Virus record (IMG/VR): IMGVR_UViG_3300045988_183660
Length of the DNA stretch: 64,000 bases
DNA from: a virus
Strand: one strand, 5' to 3'
Shown here: positions 1-8,018 of the stretch, in pieces
How the letters are laid out: each line of letters begins with the position of its first letter
How positions within the stretch are numbered: the first letter of the stretch is position 1
The notes under the pieces: generated by a model
The model's input: only the letters and a program-made list of their open reading frames with translations
What the model was told of the DNA's origin: nothing
Database searches by the model: none
Position numbers and translations under genes: made by a program

Positions 1-42
1 CTGATTCAAATAGATTTACACTTGTAACTCCAAAGCCTGAGA

Positions 43-441
43 ATGGTGTACGATTACAAGCTACACTTGGCAATCAGAACCCCACAGGCTTGCCTGTGGG
101 AGCAGTCAGAATATAAATACAAAAAGATGATGAGGCAAATAATTATGAATAAAGAAATACAGGCACAGTACAACAATGCTGTGAATGAGGTGAAAAAATA
201 CCGTGAGAAAATAGCGAAGCTTCCTAAAGGCAGTATTTCAATAAAGACAAGAGGTAATAATGCTTATCTATATCTGACTTATAGAAAAGATAATAAAATC
301 ATCAGTGAATATGTAGGAAATATAGAATCAGATAAAGCAATAGAAATTCTTGCTCAGATTAAGGAAAAAAAAGAATATGAAAAATTGCTTAAGCTTAATG
401 AAAATATAAAAAATAATATAGAAAACTATATAAAGGAGTAA
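43..441 (+). CDS. hypothetical protein (an alternative ATG at 127 is also possible)
   Basis: ORF track. Lys/Glu-rich and coiled-coil-like. No motif recognised. Confidence 0.35.
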   Translation: MVYDYKLHLAIRTPQACLWEQSEYKYKKMMRQIIMNKEIQAQYNNAVNEVKKYREKIAKLPKGSISIKTRGNNAYLYLTYRKDNKIISEYVGNIESDKAIEILAQIKEKKEYEKLLKLNENIKNNIENYIKE

Positions 442-446
442 TCAAT

Positions 447-1091
447 ATGAATGTGAATTTTTCAAAAGTATTCTATCATGGCAGTAGGGATGTAGTAACT
501 GAACCTGATTTAGAACATTCAAGAGTAGATATAGATTTTGGCATAGGATTTTACCTTACACAGGATGTTGTAATGGCAGAAAAATGGGCTTCTACTAAAA
601 ACAAAGCTATAATTAACTCATACAATTTTAATCCTGATGGTTTGAAAATATATGAGTTTAAATTAGATAAAGAATGGCTCGAATATATAAAAGCTAATAG
701 AAATTCTGATAATGAAGAACTATTAAACCAGTACAGGGATTATGATGTGCTAATAGGAGCTACCGCAGATGATAAATTATACGATACAATTAGTGATTAT
801 ATGGATGGGATTATAACGGCTAATGAAGCTATTAAATACTTAAATATAGCTAAATATAGTAATCAGGTTGTATTAAAAAGTCAAAAAGCAATTGAACAAT
901 GCAAGTTTGTTGAAGCCCGTACATTACCAGAAAAAGACGCTTTATTAATCAGGCAAATGGCATCCGAACAAAGAAAGAAAGTTGCTGCACAATTAAGAAT
1001 AATGAAACAGCAGGATAGAATTAAAAGAGAACAGTTAGAAATAATGGAAGCAAATAAAATAAAAAAAGAGAGGAATGAGTATGAAAGATAA
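447..1091 (+). CDS. DUF3990-like protein with a PARP/ART-like HGS...FG.GFY...A..WA motif
   Basis: N-terminal VFYHGSRDVV...DFGIGFYLTQ...AEKWA resembles the PARP catalytic His-Gly-Ser and the FGKGIYFA region. Starts 6 nt after the upstream stop. Confidence 0.5.
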   Translation: MNVNFSKVFYHGSRDVVTEPDLEHSRVDIDFGIGFYLTQDVVMAEKWASTKNKAIINSYNFNPDGLKIYEFKLDKEWLEYIKANRNSDNEELLNQYRDYDVLIGATADDKLYDTISDYMDGIITANEAIKYLNIAKYSNQVVLKSQKAIEQCKFVEARTLPEKDALLIRQMASEQRKKVAAQLRIMKQQDRIKREQLEIMEANKIKKERNEYER

Positions 1092-1575
1092 AGATATTTT
1101 TACCGAACGATACTATAATGGTGATGATTTCCTTATTTTGCATGGTAAATCATGTCCTGATGAAATAAAAAGACCTATAATAAAATCATTTGGAAGAGCC
1201 TGTCGTGCTGTAAATACCCGCTACAAGTTATCTATTATAGATTTCATATATGAATTTCTAAAGTCTGATATTGCTAAAACATATCAGTATGATTATACAT
1301 TGTATTCTCAGGGAGATAGGTGCATTGCCGGTAAGATTCTTGATGCTCTTAATAAAGATAATATAAAGCATGTAGATGATGATACAGCATTGGCAGATGA
1401 AGAAGTGGCTTACTGGCTTGGATATCTGATTATGTCGTGGATATATGAAGATGATTGTGAACCGGCGGATTTGCTTAAATATGACTGGGAGCGAATATAC
1501 TGGGGATATGATGTATTGCATACTACAAGCATTAAGTATACAATAGAAGCAATTAAAGATGATATGACAAAATAA
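1075..1575 (+). CDS. DUF3791-like protein (usual genomic partner of DUF3990)
   Basis: Overlaps the upstream stop. The C-terminal W..YDVLHT..I.Y.IEAI region resembles DUF3791 from memory. Confidence 0.35.
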   Translation: MSMKDKDIFTERYYNGDDFLILHGKSCPDEIKRPIIKSFGRACRAVNTRYKLSIIDFIYEFLKSDIAKTYQYDYTLYSQGDRCIAGKILDALNKDNIKHVDDDTALADEEVAYWLGYLIMSWIYEDDCEPADLLKYDWERIYWGYDVLHTTSIKYTIEAIKDDMTK

Positions 1576-1589
1576 GGGAGAGAAACATA

Positions 1590-1832
1590 ATGAAAAACAT
1601 TGATAAGATGAAAGAAGCCCTAATAAGTAAAATTAAAGATATGTCTATAGAAGAATATCAGAAAATAAATGATTTTTTAGGGGAACAATATGATTATGAC
1701 CCTGAATCAGTTGATAAAAACATGCTATTTAGCTGCAACGATTGTAAAAATATATTCGGTGACTGTCCTGATGACGAAAAACTCAGAGAGTGCCATCAAA
1801 GATTTGTCAGATATGCTAACAGCGAAAGTTAA
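1590..1832 (+). CDS. small Cys-rich hypothetical protein
   Basis: ORF with an RBS (GGGAGAG) and a CNDCKN...GDCPDD...CH cysteine pattern. Confidence 0.4.
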   Translation: MKNIDKMKEALISKIKDMSIEEYQKINDFLGEQYDYDPESVDKNMLFSCNDCKNIFGDCPDDEKLRECHQRFVRYANSES

Positions 1833-1863
1833 AAATAATAAAATATAATATAAAATAAAAAGT

Positions 1864-1900
1864 AAAAGTGGTGTGATTAATTTCATGCCACTTTTTTATT
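1864..1900 (+). terminator. rho-independent terminator
   Basis: GC stem AAGTGG...CCACTT followed by a T-run. Confidence 0.6.
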
Positions 1901-1991
1901 TTACAAATACTATAAAAAGTCCTTTTTACAACTTTTCGTGAATATGTATCTGTTAAAATTACGTTATCAAATCAAATAAGGAGTATTAACT

Positions 1992-2225
1992 ATGAGTAAA
2001 AGTAATGTAATTGAAATATGGCAGCCAAAGTATATGACAGATACATGTTTAATAGCAGCGTATAAGGTTAAGGAAGATAATATCATTGAATTTACAAAGG
2101 CAAAGCATTTAGAAGGTATGAAATTTGAAATAAGTGGTGATGATATCCGAAGCTGTGAAATTATCTCTAATGGTAAGATTGACTGCTATAACGTACCTAT
2201 GAGTATGCTAAAGAGAGTGGATTAA
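1992..2225 (+). CDS. hypothetical protein, first gene of a three-gene coupled operon
   Basis: ORF with an RBS (AGGAG). Its stop overlaps the start of the next gene. Confidence 0.4.
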   Translation: MSKSNVIEIWQPKYMTDTCLIAAYKVKEDNIIEFTKAKHLEGMKFEISGDDIRSCEIISNGKIDCYNVPMSMLKRVD

Positions 2226-3028
2226 TGCGTTGCGGAGTATGTGGCACAATTATACCTTTTACTGATATATTGTGCCTTAAATTTGGAAAAGTAAAAGACG
2301 GATACATCTGTAAATACTGTAAAGAAAAAACAGCAAAGATAATTCCATTTAATACTTTAAATTTATATGAGACTAAACAGCTTATTATTTATAACTTAAG
2401 TCTGGATGCAGAATTAAGTAAAAAGCCATTCAGGGTTACATCAAGCCTTGGAGGATTGAAACTGGATGAGATTAACAGATACTTAAAAGTGATTGAAAAC
2501 AGACATAAAGAAATGACTATAAGATTGGAAGACATTACTGATTTAGCACTCGATTTATCAAATCCAGTGGTAAAGGGAAGAAACATATCTGGTGATATAG
2601 TATTTTCTGTAAAACTTTATAACGGCTTAAACATCACTAAGCGGATTAATACAGGTGTAAGAATAGATTACAGTATTATAGGTAATAAAATCCAATATAA
2701 TGAGCCGGGTGAACTTATAGTTATGAAATGCCTTATAAGTCAGGTTTATGAAAATATGTCATCAGAGCTAAAGAAAAATATATATGAGTATAACATCTAT
2801 AAAGACAATGAAAACAATTCATTCACCACACAAGGCAGTATGGAACGGATAAAAGCATTAAGTCTTTTTGGACTGGATGATAAATATACCGCTGATGAAC
2901 TTAAAAGCAGATACAGATTACTTATGAAAATGTTTCATCCGGACAGTCAGACAGTTAATAACAGTATATTAACTGATTATACAGAAAGGATAAATGCAGC
3001 TTATGAACTGCTGAAAAATAGTTTATGA
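2225..3028 (+). CDS. zinc-ribbon protein with a C-terminal J-domain (DnaJ-like, HPD motif)
   Basis: N-terminal CGVCG...CKYCKE. The C-terminal LKSRYRLLMKMFHPD...INAAYELL matches the J-domain helix II-HPD-helix III pattern. Confidence 0.6.
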   Translation: MRCGVCGTIIPFTDILCLKFGKVKDGYICKYCKEKTAKIIPFNTLNLYETKQLIIYNLSLDAELSKKPFRVTSSLGGLKLDEINRYLKVIENRHKEMTIRLEDITDLALDLSNPVVKGRNISGDIVFSVKLYNGLNITKRINTGVRIDYSIIGNKIQYNEPGELIVMKCLISQVYENMSSELKKNIYEYNIYKDNENNSFTTQGSMERIKALSLFGLDDKYTADELKSRYRLLMKMFHPDSQTVNNSILTDYTERINAAYELLKNSL

Positions 3029-4137
3029 AAAAATATATAACAGGTCTTATTTTAAATATTCTTTTAATACTTATTCCTATAGGCTTATTAGCTGCCGCTG
3101 TAATGACAGGACAGAGTATATTCTATAAATTAGGAATCGTTTCCTGTGTGATAGCTTTTATGTTGATGAAACAGCTTGATTTTTTATTAGCTGAAGGCAG
3201 ACAGGAAGTAGAATATGATGAATTTGGAAGAAGTAAAAGAAAAAATATCAAAACTCTTTCAAGAAAAGAACAGGATGCAATAGATTTACAGAAATTAGCT
3301 GATATGGAAAGGATTCTTAGTACCAGCCAGCTAAAGAAAATGACCAAGCAGGGAAGTAAAAACCCTGATGAAGACTTAAAAAAGCTGACCGGATTATATC
3401 CTGTAAAACAGAAGGTAAAAGAAATAGAAGCAAGATATAAATTTGAACAGCTGCATGACAGACATAAAAAAATTCCGGCAACATGCAGACATATGGTATT
3501 TTATGGAAATCCGGGAACAGGTAAAACAACTGTTGCAAGGATAATAACCGGCATCCTGTATAAAAACAAAGCTATAAAGAAAAATCAATGTATTGAAGTA
3601 GATGGGAACTTCTTAAAAGCAGGTGAAGAAACAGCAACTAAGGTAAAGCTTCTTACCCAGTTATCATATGGTGGAGTGTTATTTATAGACGAAGCATACA
3701 CATTGGCAGATGGTTTATATGGAAGAGAAGCCGTAGCCACTCTTATAAAAGAAATGGAAGATAATAAGGAAAGATTTGTATGTATACTTGCAGGCTATAC
3801 AAAAGAAATGGATAAAATGCTTGACAGTAATACAGGTTTTAAGAGCCGTATTAAGGAATATATAAATTTTCCAGATTATACTACAGAAGAAATGAAAGCA
3901 ATCTTTGTCAATATGGCAAATGATATAGGTTTTATTGTAACTTCTGATGCACTTGATAATTTTGAAATACGTTTATCTAAAGAAAAACAGCTTAAAACAT
4001 ATGGTAATGCAAGAACTGCAAGGAATCTTTTAGATGAAGCAATTGATAAGCATACATTAAATTATGCTGAAGAAAAGATATCAGAAGAAGATAAATTCAA
4101 ATTGCTTGGTATTGACATCAATATCTTTACTTCGTAA
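3025..4137 (+). CDS. membrane-anchored AAA+ ATPase of the SpoVK/CbbX family
   Basis: ATGA overlap with the upstream gene. N-terminal TM helix. VFYGNPGTGKTTVARI (Walker A), LFIDEAYTL (Walker B) and the ILAGY...FPDY block typical of SpoVK/CbbX. Confidence 0.75.
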   Translation: MKKYITGLILNILLILIPIGLLAAAVMTGQSIFYKLGIVSCVIAFMLMKQLDFLLAEGRQEVEYDEFGRSKRKNIKTLSRKEQDAIDLQKLADMERILSTSQLKKMTKQGSKNPDEDLKKLTGLYPVKQKVKEIEARYKFEQLHDRHKKIPATCRHMVFYGNPGTGKTTVARIITGILYKNKAIKKNQCIEVDGNFLKAGEETATKVKLLTQLSYGGVLFIDEAYTLADGLYGREAVATLIKEMEDNKERFVCILAGYTKEMDKMLDSNTGFKSRIKEYINFPDYTTEEMKAIFVNMANDIGFIVTSDALDNFEIRLSKEKQLKTYGNARTARNLLDEAIDKHTLNYAEEKISEEDKFKLLGIDINIFTS

Positions 4138-4240
4138 AGCTGTACCAGTTTACTCTATGATGCTGCTTCGCATCCTAATAGAGTAAACTTAAAAATTCGG
4201 TAAATCTAATAAAACAAACTTCGCATCCTAATAAAATAAA
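4120..4240. repeat. intergenic two-hairpin repeat element, copy A (small hairpin CTTTACTTCGTAAAG + 10-bp stem AGTTTACTCT/AGAGTAAACT around loop TGATGCTGCTTCGCATCCTAAT + degenerate second module)
   Basis: Direct sequence comparison with copies at 4994-5052, 13105-13275 and 58273-58360, and an inverted copy at 55081-55240. Confidence 0.7.
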
Positions 4241-4299
4241 CTTAAAAACACTATAATTATAGAATCACTTTTTCAAAATATCTCTGTTAAAGCAGAGCA

Positions 4300-4950
4300 A
4301 TGTTTTTACACATAAATGAAAGGACATATATGAAAAAACAAAATGATACATTTTTAGCCACCTACAAAGCCTTGGAGAAAGAATTAACTGATACAGGGCT
4401 TAGTATAAAAGATTATGAAGACAGGCTTATTAATGAAGGAAACACGGACACGGCAGATAAATTAAGATTATGCCGTATGATAAGGAATTATCTATCGCAT
4501 CATGCTGATGGTGATGAACTTATCACTGCAAACAACAATTTAAGTACATTTATTAAGGAACAGATAACAATGATTAATAATACAAAGCTTAAGGCAAAGG
4601 ATTCATATGTACCGGTAAGCAGAAGTAAAAGACTTATAAGAAAGCCTGAAAGTGTCAGGAATGTTATAGATGAGTTTAATAAGCATCCAAAGGAAAATAT
4701 TCTTTATGTTATCAGTGATGATAATAAGCTTTTAGGACAGATAAACAGTACAGATGTATTAGGAGTTTTGTATTCCATAAGCAGGTTAAGTGATTTAAAG
4801 AAAACACCGGCTGACAAGCTGATTAAAAAAGCTAATGTTATAACAGTTGATAAAGATACTGTTTTATCAGATATAAAGGCAGACTATTGTATAGTGATGA
4901 AAAATAAAGATGAAATCCTTGGCGAAAAATGTCTTTGCACGACTTACTAA
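4300..4950 (+). CDS. hypothetical protein with a CBS-like C-terminal region (likely start ATG 4330)
   Basis: ORF. The YVISDDNKLLGQINSTDVLGVL segment is CBS-like. Its last 9 codons lie inside a repeated 3-prime module. Confidence 0.4.
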   Translation: MFLHINERTYMKKQNDTFLATYKALEKELTDTGLSIKDYEDRLINEGNTDTADKLRLCRMIRNYLSHHADGDELITANNNLSTFIKEQITMINNTKLKAKDSYVPVSRSKRLIRKPESVRNVIDEFNKHPKENILYVISDDNKLLGQINSTDVLGVLYSISRLSDLKKTPADKLIKKANVITVDKDTVLSDIKADYCIVMKNKDEILGEKCLCTTY

Positions 4951-5052
4951 TGTCTTATTGCATAAGACATGTAAGACGTTAGCAAAGCCATAACAGTTTG
5001 TTGTATGATGCTGTCACTACGCTCCATCCTAATACAGCAAACTTAAAACCAT
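4931..5052. repeat. 3-prime module (TTGCACGACTTACTAATGTCTTATTGCATAAGACA palindrome) fused to copy C of the two-hairpin repeat
   Basis: Shared with 15037-15082 and 54799-54855. Stem CAGTTTGTTGTA/TACAGCAAACTT carries one G-U wobble. Confidence 0.6.
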
Positions 5053-5147
5053 TATAATAAAATTACTTTTTAGAAACCAATGAGTTTATATTTTATTCAA
5101 TTTAAGAGAATTATCAATTATAAAAATAAAAAGGAGAAAAAAGAGAT

Positions 5148-5405
5148 ATGAGAATTGCAAAGAGAGATGGAATTACATTAGGAGAGATAAATAATATGTT
5201 TAAGTATGGTCAGATAATTAAGACTACACGGGCAGATGTTACCTATAATGGTAGAATAGTTGAAATATATCCACATGTACTTGTATGTGAATGTGAAGTG
5301 GTTGATTCGTTAATTGATACTGTTCATCTGGGTACAAAAAGAACTTTAACTGTCAATAAAATAAGCTTTATCGGTGATAAGGCTGATTCGTATTTCGCTT
5401 CTTAA
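5148..5405 (+). CDS. hypothetical protein
   Basis: ORF with a strong RBS (AAAGGAGAAAAAAG). Confidence 0.35.
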   Translation: MRIAKRDGITLGEINNMFKYGQIIKTTRADVTYNGRIVEIYPHVLVCECEVVDSLIDTVHLGTKRTLTVNKISFIGDKADSYFAS

Positions 5406-5430
5406 TTATAGTTTATTTTTACAATATTTG

Positions 5431-5460
5431 TTGACATTTTTAGTATACTATGATATATAT
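5431..5460 (+). promoter_or_regulatory. sigma-A-like promoter (TTGACA-N17-TATATA)
   Basis: Consensus -35 with 17-bp spacing upstream of the kinase gene. Confidence 0.4.
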
Positions 5461-5507
5461 AATATAGTAAAAAGATATAAATGATATAAAGGGAGAATAA
5501 ATAAAAA

Positions 5508-6119
5508 ATGTTGACGATATTAACAGGAAAAAGTGGAAGTGGAAAAGACAGATTAAAGAAAGAATTAGTAAAAAGGGATTATGAACCTGTATTAAGCCTG
5601 ACTACAAGGCAGCCAAGAGAAGGTGAAAAATACGGATTAGATTATATATACACAGTAAACGAATACTTTGAAAGTTTATTAGAGCAGGATAAATTATATG
5701 AAAGTAGAAAAGTCGGAAATATATATTATGGTACATTAAAATCAGACCTTGATATGGTAAAGCATAATCCTGAAAAAGATTATATAATGATAAAAGACCT
5801 TGAAGGTGCTGAAGATATAATTGACTATATAGGACAGAAAAATGTATTTGTAGCATACATAGATGTATCAGATGATATAAGAAAGAAAAGAGCATCTATA
5901 CGCAATGATTTTTCTGAAGAGAAATGGAATGAAAGGCTTGAATCGGATAATAAGCAGTTCACACATGAAAATATAGACAGAGTAGTTGATGTAATCTTTC
6001 ATAATGATAAGGATATAGATAGTCTTGTAAAGGATATAGATGAGACTATAAGCAGGATAAAGGTTAATATATCAGTACCAAAAGGAAGATTCAGAGATAC
6101 ATTTGACAGAGAACTATAG
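5508..6119 (+). CDS. guanylate kinase-like P-loop kinase
   Basis: GKSGSGKD P-loop, then SLTTRQPREGEKYGLDYIYTV and GNIYYGT blocks as in Gmk. Confidence 0.55.
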   Translation: MLTILTGKSGSGKDRLKKELVKRDYEPVLSLTTRQPREGEKYGLDYIYTVNEYFESLLEQDKLYESRKVGNIYYGTLKSDLDMVKHNPEKDYIMIKDLEGAEDIIDYIGQKNVFVAYIDVSDDIRKKRASIRNDFSEEKWNERLESDNKQFTHENIDRVVDVIFHNDKDIDSLVKDIDETISRIKVNISVPKGRFRDTFDREL

Positions 6120-6120
6120 G

Positions 6121-6150
6121 CAGCAGATTTTTTCTGCTGTCTTTTTACTT
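6121..6150 (+). terminator. rho-independent terminator
   Basis: CAGCAG...CTGCTG stem followed by a T-run. Confidence 0.55.
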
Positions 6151-6275
6151 AGAAGTAAAGGAATTTGAACCTCTCATGGCTAAAGCCACGAGATTCTTGG
6201 GAACTCCTTTCTATTGAAAAGATATTTACCAAGCTAACCCGATAGTTCCTACCGTTTTTATTTATTCATTTATGC
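6150..6275 (-). ncRNA. putative TnpB omega/right-end RNA scaffold (IS right end)
   Basis: Structured non-coding region immediately 3-prime of tnpB. Known biology of IS605 TnpB. Not folded here. Confidence 0.3.
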
Positions 6276-7373
6276 TATTTCTAATAGCCTCAATCCTTCA
6301 TTTAGAATATTGATAGCAGCATTTACATCTCTATCGTGGTGAGAATGACAACAAGGGCAATCCCATTCTCTTACTGAAAGATTTTTTGTATCCTTATTCA
6401 CATAACCACATACATTACAAGTTTGAGAACTTGCATAGAATTTATCTACTTTAATAACTTGTCTACCATACCAATTTGCTTTGTATTCAAGCTGTCTTAC
6501 AAATTCTGACCATGATACATCTGCAATAGACTGGGCAAGTTTATGATTCTTAATCATATTCTTTACTTGTAAATCCTCCAAGCAAACAACACCATTGTTT
6601 CTAATTATTTCAGTAGACAATTTCTGTAAAAAGTCTTTTCTCTGATTTGCGATATGTTCTTGAAGTCTTGCAACTTTTATTCTTGCCTTATTACGATTTG
6701 AACCACCTTTTGATTTTCGAGATAGTTCTCTTTGTAATTTTACAAGTTTATCCAATGACTTCTTTAAGTATTTTGGATTTTGAATCATTTCGCCATCAGA
6801 TGTAATACAAAATTCTTTAATTCCCAAATCAATCCCAACTGAATTGCTGGTTTTCTCAAATGGTTCAATATCCACATCAGTACAGCAAAGCGACACAAAA
6901 TATTTTCCACTTGGTTCTTGTGATACTGTTGCATTAAGAATCCTGCCTTGTGGTACTAACTTGTTTTTCGTCTTTACCATTCCAAGCTTAGGTAACTTAA
7001 TGTATTTATCACAGTATTGAATATTTCCATTTACGCATTTTGATTTATATGAAAATCTATGTGTTTTCTTTGACTTGAATTTAGGATAACCAGAATGTTC
7101 TTTTAAGAATTTCTGATAAGCTGAATCCAAATCTCTAAGTGAGGATTGAAGAGCAGTGGAATCGACTTCTTTTAACCACTCTAATTCTGATTTTAACTTC
7201 TTCATATCATTTGCACACTGAACATATGAGAATGTCTCTTTGTTTTGTTCATACATTTCAATTCTCTTGGCAAGATATTTGTTGTATACGAATCTGCAAC
7301 ATCCAAAAGTCTTAGAGATTATTTCTTGTTGTTTTTTGTTTGGATAAATGCGATATTTATAAGCCTTTTCCAC
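6270..7373 (-). CDS. tnpB: TnpB (OrfB, RuvC-like RNA-guided nuclease of IS605 family)
   Basis: 367 aa. C-terminal CNVCGY...[19 protein letters not shown] zinc finger and RuvC-III region. Confidence 0.85.
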   Translation of the reverse strand: MEKAYKYRIYPNKKQQEIISKTFGCCRFVYNKYLAKRIEMYEQNKETFSYVQCANDMKKLKSELEWLKEVDSTALQSSLRDLDSAYQKFLKEHSGYPKFKSKKTHRFSYKSKCVNGNIQYCDKYIKLPKLGMVKTKNKLVPQGRILNATVSQEPSGKYFVSLCCTDVDIEPFEKTSNSVGIDLGIKEFCITSDGEMIQNPKYLKKSLDKLVKLQRELSRKSKGGSNRNKARIKVARLQEHIANQRKDFLQKLSTEIIRNNGVVCLEDLQVKNMIKNHKLAQSIADVSWSEFVRQLEYKANWYGRQVIKVDKFYASSQTCNVCGYVNKDTKNLSVREWDCPCCHSHHDRDVNAAINILNEGLRLLEIA

Positions 7374-7379
7374 TACTTT

Positions 7380-7784
7380 TTACCTCGCTTTTTTCTGATT
7401 TTGAATATACTTCCTTATTTGTTCTTCTGTATTTTCTGATACAGTCGCTACAAAATAGCTAGGATTCCACAAATGTCCACTCCATAATTTCCCTTTTAAT
7501 TCTTCTCCAAATTCTTTCATAAGTAATCTTGCTGATACACCTTTTAATGCTTTCACCATGTCAGGTATATAATGTTGTGGAGAACAATTTATAAGAAGAT
7601 GAATGTGGTCTTTATCTGTATTACATTCTAATATTTGAAATCCATTATCATCTGCTATTTTACTAAGTATATCTATTAATCTATTCTCTATTTGTTCCGT
7701 AATTATTTTGTGTCTGTATTTTACACACCAAACGATATGGTATTGTATTGAATATACATATCCACGTCCATGAGTTACTTCCAT
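7380..7784 (-). CDS. tnpA: IS200-type Y1 HUH transposase TnpA
   Basis: 134 aa. HIHLLI HUH motif and conserved Y near the C-terminus. Confidence 0.85.
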   Translation of the reverse strand: MEVTHGRGYVYSIQYHIVWCVKYRHKIITEQIENRLIDILSKIADDNGFQILECNTDKDHIHLLINCSPQHYIPDMVKALKGVSARLLMKEFGEELKGKLWSGHLWNPSYFVATVSENTEEQIRKYIQNQKKAR

Positions 7785-8018
7785 ATATTATCACCTCATA
7801 ATTATGATAACATATGTATATTACAAAATCTAGTATTTTCAATATATTACAATGTATTTTTATTTAACATATGTATATAAAAGAAATGCCGTAGAGCATG
7901 AACTCTAATCTATTATTTAAAATAAAAATTGAATACATAACTATAAAAAAGCCTTTTTACAATTTTTTGTAGAAGGGCTTTTATTATAATGTAAGCATAA
8001 AAAATAAAAGGAGTACTT

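Larger units (their letters stand above)
6150..7930 (-). mobile_element. IS200/IS605-family insertion sequence (tnpA + tnpB). Ends are approximate.
   Basis: The adjacent Y1 HUH transposase and TnpB ORFs are the only minus-strand genes. They are flanked by non-coding structured ends. Confidence 0.65.

Noticed and set aside
1258-1521. Minus-strand ORFs such as this one, and others nested inside + strand genes (for example 2389-2586, 3123-3588, 5602-5895, 10662-10916, 11565-12089, 15466-15846, 28809-29370, 34676-34978, 36738-37028, 43487-43810, 52169-52813, 53000-53634).
   Set aside because: They lie entirely antisense to long, motif-bearing + strand genes in AT-rich DNA. They are low-complexity (I/L/F/S/Y-rich) with no RBS. 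Treated as shadow ORFs.
6150-6270. tRNA-like GGTTCAAATTCC (T-arm-like) segment on the minus strand.
   Set aside because: No acceptor stem, D-arm or anticodon arm can be drawn. It sits in the IS605 right end and is better explained as TnpB omega-RNA/right-end scaffold.
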